Assembly (NCBI GenBank): GCA_040218735.1
Contig: JAVJQW010000012.1
Coordinates: 384,001 to 448,000 of the forward strand
Direction of reading: 5' to 3'
DNA length: 64,000 nt
From: Deltaproteobacteria bacterium
GTDB lineage: Bacteria > Myxococcota > Kuafuiibacteriia > Kuafuiibacteriales > Kuafuiibacteriaceae
Below are positions 58,820 to 64,000 of this stretch, in pieces (position 1 is the first letter of the stretch; every line of letters begins with the position of its first letter). The notes beneath the pieces are model-generated. The model made no database searches and was not told the DNA's origin. It worked only from the letters and a program-made list of their open reading frames with translations. The position numbers and the translations under genes were made by a program.

Positions 58820-59656
58820 ATGACGTCGAACGCGATGGTCCAGGTGCGCGCGGCACGAAAGGCCCAGCTCGTTCAGAAGCTCGCGATGCGGGAGAAGGCG
58901 CTGTTCGACGCCGAGCTCGACGCACGCGAGGCAAAAGCCCACGCCGAGCGCGAGCACGCGGACGTCGCCGACCTCGAAGACGTCGGCGCGAGTGAGCTCC
59001 TCCTCAGCCTCACCGGTCAGCTCGGCGCGCGCTACGACAAGGAGCACGCCGAGGCCGAAGCGGCGCTGCGTTCGTGGCGCCTGAAGGAAGACGTGTGCGC
59101 GCGGTTGCGCGAAGAGGTGCAGCGAACGCGCGACGCCATCGCGAAGCTCGGTACGCCGGAGCAGCGGCTCGCCCCGCGAGACACCGGCTCGGAGGATCGC
59201 GCGCGACGCCTGATGCTCACAACCGCCGCGCTCGACGAGCTATACGAAGCCTCGGACGCGCTGACCCAGATGCGCGCAGCGCTCGCGCGCGCGGAGCGAT
59301 GGGCGAAGCTCACCAGCGATCGCGAAGAAGGTCCGGCGCGCGCGCACGCGGAGACGATCGCGGCGGCGTCCTACGAACGCTTCGGGCAGTTCGAGACGGA
59401 GCTGTCGCAGGCGATCGCCGCGCTCGCGAACGTCGGCGACCACGCTCCGACGCTGCACGTCCCGCAGCCCGAGAGCCTCCGTCACGACCTCGCGAACGCG
59501 TGGCGGCGACACAAGAGCCTGGCGGGCCTCGAGCCCCGGTGGGACGAGATCGATCGTGCGCTCGACGCGGCGGTCGAGGAGCTCGAGCGGTGGTTGCGGA
59601 AGGAGCTCGACCGCTCGGAGGGCCCCGACTGGAACGTCGGCGCCCTCTTCCGCTGA
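58820..59656 (+). CDS. Hypothetical coiled-coil protein
   Basis: Helical Ala/Glu/Arg/Leu-rich ORF (EREHADVADLE...YDKEHAEAEAA). Confidence 0.65.
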   Translation: MTSNAMVQVRAARKAQLVQKLAMREKALFDAELDAREAKAHAEREHADVADLEDVGASELLLSLTGQLGARYDKEHAEAEAALRSWRLKEDVCARLREEVQRTRDAIAKLGTPEQRLAPRDTGSEDRARRLMLTTAALDELYEASDALTQMRAALARAERWAKLTSDREEGPARAHAETIAAASYERFGQFETELSQAIAALANVGDHAPTLHVPQPESLRHDLANAWRRHKSLAGLEPRWDEIDRALDAAVEELERWLRKELDRSEGPDWNVGALFR

Positions 59657-59668
59657 AGCTACACCGCT

Positions 59669-60937
59669 TCAGATCGTCTCGATGCCGTTGATGAACGCGA
59701 CGGACGAGGCGCCCCAGATGTAGTAGCCGACCTCCGTGACGAGCATCCCCTGCGCCTCTTCGTCGAGGACGTCGACGGACTCGCAGATCGTTCCGTCGCT
59801 CCGGCGCTGGATGACACGCCCGTCGGCGTCGAACACAAACCACGCGTCGCGCCAGTAGTCGGCGCCGACGACCGGAGCGCGGGTCCCCGTGGCTCCGACG
59901 GACGTCCAGGTCGCGGGGCCAGTCTGCATCAACACCTCGCCGACGCTCGTCCCGATGACGCGCGTGATGGTCCCGTCGAAGCGGGTGTACCGCGTGCTGT
60001 GAATGATGCCGTCGGTGGGGAGCGTGCGCGTCGTCGGCGTGCCGTCGACGATCGTCGTCCAACGATCGCCGCGATAGACCTCGACCTGATCCGGAACCGT
60101 GAACGCGATGAACGGCCGCGCGTCGGAGGGACCGAGCTCGGCCTGAAGGCTCCACGACGTCCCCTGGTAACGTTGCACCTCGCCACCGGCCGTGACCGCC
60201 AACGCGAGCCAACCGGTGTTCGTCAGCGGGAACAAGAACTCACGCGCGACGTCCGACCAGGGCCCCGGATACCAAGTCGTCCCGTTCGCGCCGAGCAGAT
60301 CGAACCCGCGCTCGTGGCCGAGGTACGTCCCGAGGTTCGTGACGAGCGCGTGAAGGAGGTCGCCGCGCTCGCGCCCGTCCAGCATGACATCGAACCGCAA
60401 GCCGACCTGCGTCGGCGCGTCGCGGTCGAACACGAGCACCTCGCCGTTCGAGAGGAACAGCTCGAGGGCACACGGCGCGTCGCAGTTGTGCGCGTGCTCG
60501 ACGGTCGCTCCGCCGAAGTCCACCGCCTCCGCGCTGTAGACGAGGACTCCGCAGGCGTCGGGCGCCCGCGCGCGAAACGCGGTGAGCGCACCCGACGGCT
60601 CGGCGGACGGGGACCAGGCCGCGCCGTCCCATCGCCACGCACCGTCCGGATCCGGAATCGAACGTCCGTCCGGCGCGATGTCGGTCAGCGGCCCGACCTC
60701 CGCGAACGCTCGGGTGATGTCCCCCGCGTAGGTCAGCACGCGGACGGCGGTGTCTTCACCGTCGAGCTCGACCTCGATCGGGAGCCCGACCCGCCCCGTC
60801 GCCACCTCGAAGCTCCCGTCGGGGCCTTCGACGGCGTAGATGACGCTCTCCATCCCCTCGAGGCTCCCCGCGGGGAGCGTCACCAAGACGTCCGGCGCAC
60901 ACCCGGTGAGCAGCGCGGCGAGGAGGACGTGCCGCAT
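59669..60937 (-). CDS. Hypothetical lipoprotein, probable beta-propeller
   Basis: MRHVLLAALLTGC lipobox; repeated GxxW motifs. Confidence 0.72.
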   Translation of the reverse strand: MRHVLLAALLTGCAPDVLVTLPAGSLEGMESVIYAVEGPDGSFEVATGRVGLPIEVELDGEDTAVRVLTYAGDITRAFAEVGPLTDIAPDGRSIPDPDGAWRWDGAAWSPSAEPSGALTAFRARAPDACGVLVYSAEAVDFGGATVEHAHNCDAPCALELFLSNGEVLVFDRDAPTQVGLRFDVMLDGRERGDLLHALVTNLGTYLGHERGFDLLGANGTTWYPGPWSDVAREFLFPLTNTGWLALAVTAGGEVQRYQGTSWSLQAELGPSDARPFIAFTVPDQVEVYRGDRWTTIVDGTPTTRTLPTDGIIHSTRYTRFDGTITRVIGTSVGEVLMQTGPATWTSVGATGTRAPVVGADYWRDAWFVFDADGRVIQRRSDGTICESVDVLDEEAQGMLVTEVGYYIWGASSVAFINGIETI

Positions 60938-60963
60938 CACGCGGATGATAACAACGGGGCGGC

Positions 60964-62259
60964 TCAGAGCGCGAACGTCGTGTAACGCGAGGCGAGGTTT
61001 TCGATCTTCTCCCCGGTGGCGTACCGGTCGAAGAGCTCCGGCGCGTCCGTGTCGAACACGGTGATCGACGCCCGCGGTGACACGGTGTCGGGCTGACAGA
61101 CGGCCAGCTCCGGCGGGAGCTCCAAGAAGCGGAAGCCGCCCGAGCGGGGCTGCGTAGTCCGCACCTCCCAGCGCGTCTGGGCGTCCCACGCGTACCGTAG
61201 GATCGCGCCGTCGATGCCGGCGTCGGGCCCGACGACCTCCCACTCCAGGAGCGGTCGGTGGCGCGCGGTGAGGCGGACGTCTTGAATGATCGGGAAGTCA
61301 CCGCCGGCGTCGATCGTCGGGGGCAAGGTCTCGAACGACGACGCGGAGACGTTGTGCGCGACGACGACCTGGTCCTCGATCTCGTACTCGACCGTTGCGC
61401 GCACCGGGAGCGTCGTGTCCATGAACGACACGTCGGCCATGGCGGCGGGCACGCTGGGGTCGAACGCGAAGTCACCTCGGGTCGAGAACCCATTCCCCAA
61501 CCCACGGAGGACGAACGTGCCGCTCTTGGCCTCGGGCGGCTGATTTTCGACGCGGAACTGACGGCGGCGGTTACCGGTCACGAACCCATCGAGCTCCCCC
61601 TCGACGCGGCTCGAACGAAGTCTCAAGGTGTCGAGCGCCCAACCGGCGACGTGACCGTCTCGGTCGTAACCGACAACGACCGCCTTGGTGTCCCCGCCCG
61701 GTCTCACGCACGCACGCTGTGCGACGAAGTTGATCGCGTTGCGGTGCACGTACTCACCACCGCAGCCGATACCCACCCAGTTCTCGTAGACGACGGGTGA
61801 GTACGGCGGGAGGCCGATGACGAAGTCCGCGATATAGATGTCTTCCTGCACCGGCGCGACCGCGTAAACGATCGACTCCGAGGACGAGGCGGTGTCGAGG
61901 GTCGAGAGTTGGTGGCAGCTCCCGTCGAGCTCGATCTCGGCGAGCGTCGCGAACACCGCGGTGGGGTCGCGGACCTCGACGGTCTCCCCCCGCGCCATGC
62001 GATGTTTCAAGAGCAGCGAGCCCGCCGCGTCGTGGATGAGCAGCCACGCGTTCGGACGACGGGAGTCCTCGAGGGTGACGTCGAAGCCCGAGCCCTTGGG
62101 GCGGCCTCCACCGCCGTTGCCGTTGCCGTTGCCGTTCCCGCTGCCGTTGCCGCTTCCGTTCCCGGCGCCGCCGAGCTCGTCGCCGAGGCCACCGCCGAGG
62201 GGCTCGACCCCCGCGGAGCAGGCAACGAGGAGGGCCAGGGGCAGGACGGACCACCGCAT
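60964..62259 (-). CDS. Hypothetical lipoprotein with Gly-Asn linker
   Basis: MRWSVLPLALLVAC lipobox; GNGSGNGSGNGNGNGNG linker. Confidence 0.72.
   Translation of the reverse strand: MRWSVLPLALLVACSAGVEPLGGGLGDELGGAGNGSGNGSGNGNGNGNGGGGRPKGSGFDVTLEDSRRPNAWLLIHDAAGSLLLKHRMARGETVEVRDPTAVFATLAEIELDGSCHQLSTLDTASSSESIVYAVAPVQEDIYIADFVIGLPPYSPVVYENWVGIGCGGEYVHRNAINFVAQRACVRPGGDTKAVVVGYDRDGHVAGWALDTLRLRSSRVEGELDGFVTGNRRRQFRVENQPPEAKSGTFVLRGLGNGFSTRGDFAFDPSVPAAMADVSFMDTTLPVRATVEYEIEDQVVVAHNVSASSFETLPPTIDAGGDFPIIQDVRLTARHRPLLEWEVVGPDAGIDGAILRYAWDAQTRWEVRTTQPRSGGFRFLELPPELAVCQPDTVSPRASITVFDTDAPELFDRYATGEKIENLASRYTTFAL
62113..62163 (-). repeat. Hexanucleotide coding repeat (GGCAAC-like)
   Basis: ccgttgccgttgccgttgccgttcccgctgccgttgccgcttccgttccc on the + strand. 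Confidence 0.75.
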
Positions 62260-62341
62260 GAGATCACTGTGGACGAATTCGAGGCGTCTCGAGGCCAAAA
62301 GATCTCCGCGTTCGGCCGAAAAACGGTGATCGCGATCGCGG

Positions 62342-62848
62342 TCAGGACGGGCGGTGGGTCATGACACACACGTCTGCGCACCTCTGTGCGTCTGCGTTGC
62401 AGCCGTTCATGGCGCTGTCGAAGTCCGCGTCGCAGAACGCGCAGGAGAGCGGGTCGTTGCAGATCATGTAGCACTGGTCGAAGCGCCGGACCTCGACCAC
62501 CGCGCACTCCGACCGGGTCACGAAACAGTCGCCCACGCAGGTTTCGACGTTGGCCTGCTCGACGTCGCAGCACGAGCGGTGGCAGCTCGCGGCCTTCCCG
62601 AGCGCCGCCTTCTGGCAGACCCCCTCGTCCTCGAAGCACTGGATCGCCATCTCGATGTCCTGCATCGCCGTGCAGGCCTGGGGATCGATCGCGCAGGCGG
62701 CGCTGTCCGACTCCAGGGCGGAAGCGCAGGCCATGCACTCGGACGAGAAGACGTCGCAGTCCGGCGGGTTGGTCGTGCCGTCGCCGAGGTCGTCGCCGGA
62801 CGATCCGCAGGCGGCGACGAGGGCGAGGAGGAGGAAACGGGCACGCAC
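62342..62848 (-). CDS. Very Cys-rich small lipoprotein
   Basis: Lipobox VAAC; 20 further Cys in about 150 aa. Confidence 0.75.
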   Translation of the reverse strand: MRARFLLLALVAACGSSGDDLGDGTTNPPDCDVFSSECMACASALESDSAACAIDPQACTAMQDIEMAIQCFEDEGVCQKAALGKAASCHRSCCDVEQANVETCVGDCFVTRSECAVVEVRRFDQCYMICNDPLSCAFCDADFDSAMNGCNADAQRCADVCVMTHRPS

Positions 62849-62985
62849 GTCGGGACGGATCCTACCCGACGCGACGACCTGTGATCACCCGACACCTCGA
62901 CTGACCGTCATTCCAGGGCGAGACATTCGTCGAACGGCGTTCACCCGAGGGTTCGCGGGGTCGGGCTCCCCTACGATTCCACCAC

Positions 62986-64000
62986 GTGCGTGGGTCACGA
63001 CTGCTCCCGCTCCTCGCGATGACGGCCTGTGTCCCGGCGGGCGCCGACAAACGCCTCGTCGAGCTGGAGGACACGCCGGCCCCCACGGACGCCGGCGTGG
63101 TCGTGAAACGTGACGCCGGCCCGCCCGTGCGCCCGCCGCCACCGCCTCCGCGAGACGGCGGCATCGCCCGCGACGGAGGGCCGCGCGACGGCGGCGATCT
63201 CTGCCTCGAACAACCGACGAAGCCGCCGCCCACGCAGAACGTCTTCTACGGCACCGCGACGCCGACCCACGTGGCGCTGACGGCCGGCCAGCAGATGGCG
63301 ATCGGCACGTTCGGCGGATGCAGCGGTGTGTTGATCACGCCGACGTGGGTGCTCACCGCCGAGCACTGCGGGCTCCGCAGCTCGACGCGCTACTGCATCG
63401 GCACCGACCCCGACGATCCGAACGTCTGCATCGCGGCGTCGCGCGTCGTCGACAACCCGTCCGCCGACATGACCCTCGTCGAGCTGTCGCGCGACGCACG
63501 CGATCTCCTCCCCGCCGTCGAGCCCGTCCCGCTCTTCACCGGCACGCTCGACAACAGCTGGCTCGGCACCACCGCGGAGGCGTCGGGGTACGGCCAGCAG
63601 GAGACCGGCCGCAGCGGCCAACGGGAGTTCACCGCGCAGCCGATCGTCTCCGTTCAGGGCAACTACGTGACGATCGACGGCCAGGGTCAGCGCGGCGTCT
63701 GCTTCGGCGACTCGGGCGGCCCGTTGATGGTCATCGCCCCGGACGGAACGACGCGGGTCATCGGCGACCTCAGCCACGGCGACAGCAGCTGCGTCGGACA
63801 AGACAACTACACCCGCGTCGACCGCCACCTCGCGTGGATCGAAGGTTACGTCGGCCCGACCGCGCCGCCCGGCCCGCTGCCCTGCGACAACGTCGACACC
63901 GTCGGTTCTTGCGACGCCGCCTACTCGGTCGCTACGTTCTGCGAGAACGACGAGCTCCAGGTCGACACCTGCGGCGCCGACGCGGTCTGCGCGTGGAGTG
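62986..64000 (+). CDS. Trypsin-like (S1) serine protease lipoprotein (runs off window end)
   Basis: Manual translation: MRGSRLLPLLAMTAC lipobox; CSGVLITPTWVLTAEHC, ADMTLVEL and VCFGDSGGP; Cys-rich tail. Not in the ORF track. Confidence 0.9.
   Translation, partial: MRGSRLLPLLAMTACVPAGADKRLVELEDTPAPTDAGVVVKRDAGPPVRPPPPPPRDGGIARDGGPRDGGDLCLEQPTKPPPTQNVFYGTATPTHVALTAGQQMAIGTFGGCSGVLITPTWVLTAEHCGLRSSTRYCIGTDPDDPNVCIAASRVVDNPSADMTLVELSRDARDLLPAVEPVPLFTGTLDNSWLGTTAEASGYGQQETGRSGQREFTAQPIVSVQGNYVTIDGQGQRGVCFGDSGGPLMVIAPDGTTRVIGDLSHGDSSCVGQDNYTRVDRHLAWIEGYVGPTAPPGPLPCDNVDTVGSCDAAYSVATFCENDELQVDTCGADAVCAWS

Noticed and set aside
62342-62848. Cys-rich protein as a multiheme cytochrome
   Set aside because: No CxxCH motifs.
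1-64000. Mobile elements, prophage, tRNA/rRNA
   Set aside because: No transposase, integrase, phage structural gene or structural RNA signature was recognised by eye.

Overview
High-GC bacterial chromosome window, most likely Myxococcota: pilB lies next to aroE/ribF, the F0-only atp cluster is split from the rest, one protein has a MYXO-CTERM tail, and there are many lipoproteins and Ser/Thr kinases. About 50 real genes are present, and many other long ORFs are GC-rich antisense shadows. Housekeeping genes: pilB, aroE, ribF, atpZ/I/B/E, rsmE, prmA, gor, an M16 peptidase. Signalling: a FIST protein with a hybrid kinase, an ECF sigma-Ser/Thr kinase pair, an AcoR-like sigma54 activator, and a full stressosome operon (rsbR-S-T-X-like plus a histidine kinase). 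The two most interesting loci are adjacent. (1) A cobalamin riboswitch controls a lipoprotein built from three 108-aa repeats of a domain I do not recognise, followed by a BtuH-like lipoprotein; this is a candidate surface B12-capture module. (2) A 2559-aa protein without a signal peptide has a hydrophobic translocation-like middle, an intact Fic motif and a C-terminal HExxH zincin; it is translationally coupled to two small genes (candidate immunity) and followed by an LpxR-like barrel that also lacks a signal peptide; this is a candidate dual-effector toxin system. Also notable: an exported dikinase-like lipoprotein, a subtilase that has lost its catalytic triad, and a PGM1-like ATP-grasp ligase coupled to a DHODH-like flavoprotein. 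I saw no rRNA, tRNA, CRISPR array or transposase. All family calls come from motifs read by eye; no database searches were run.
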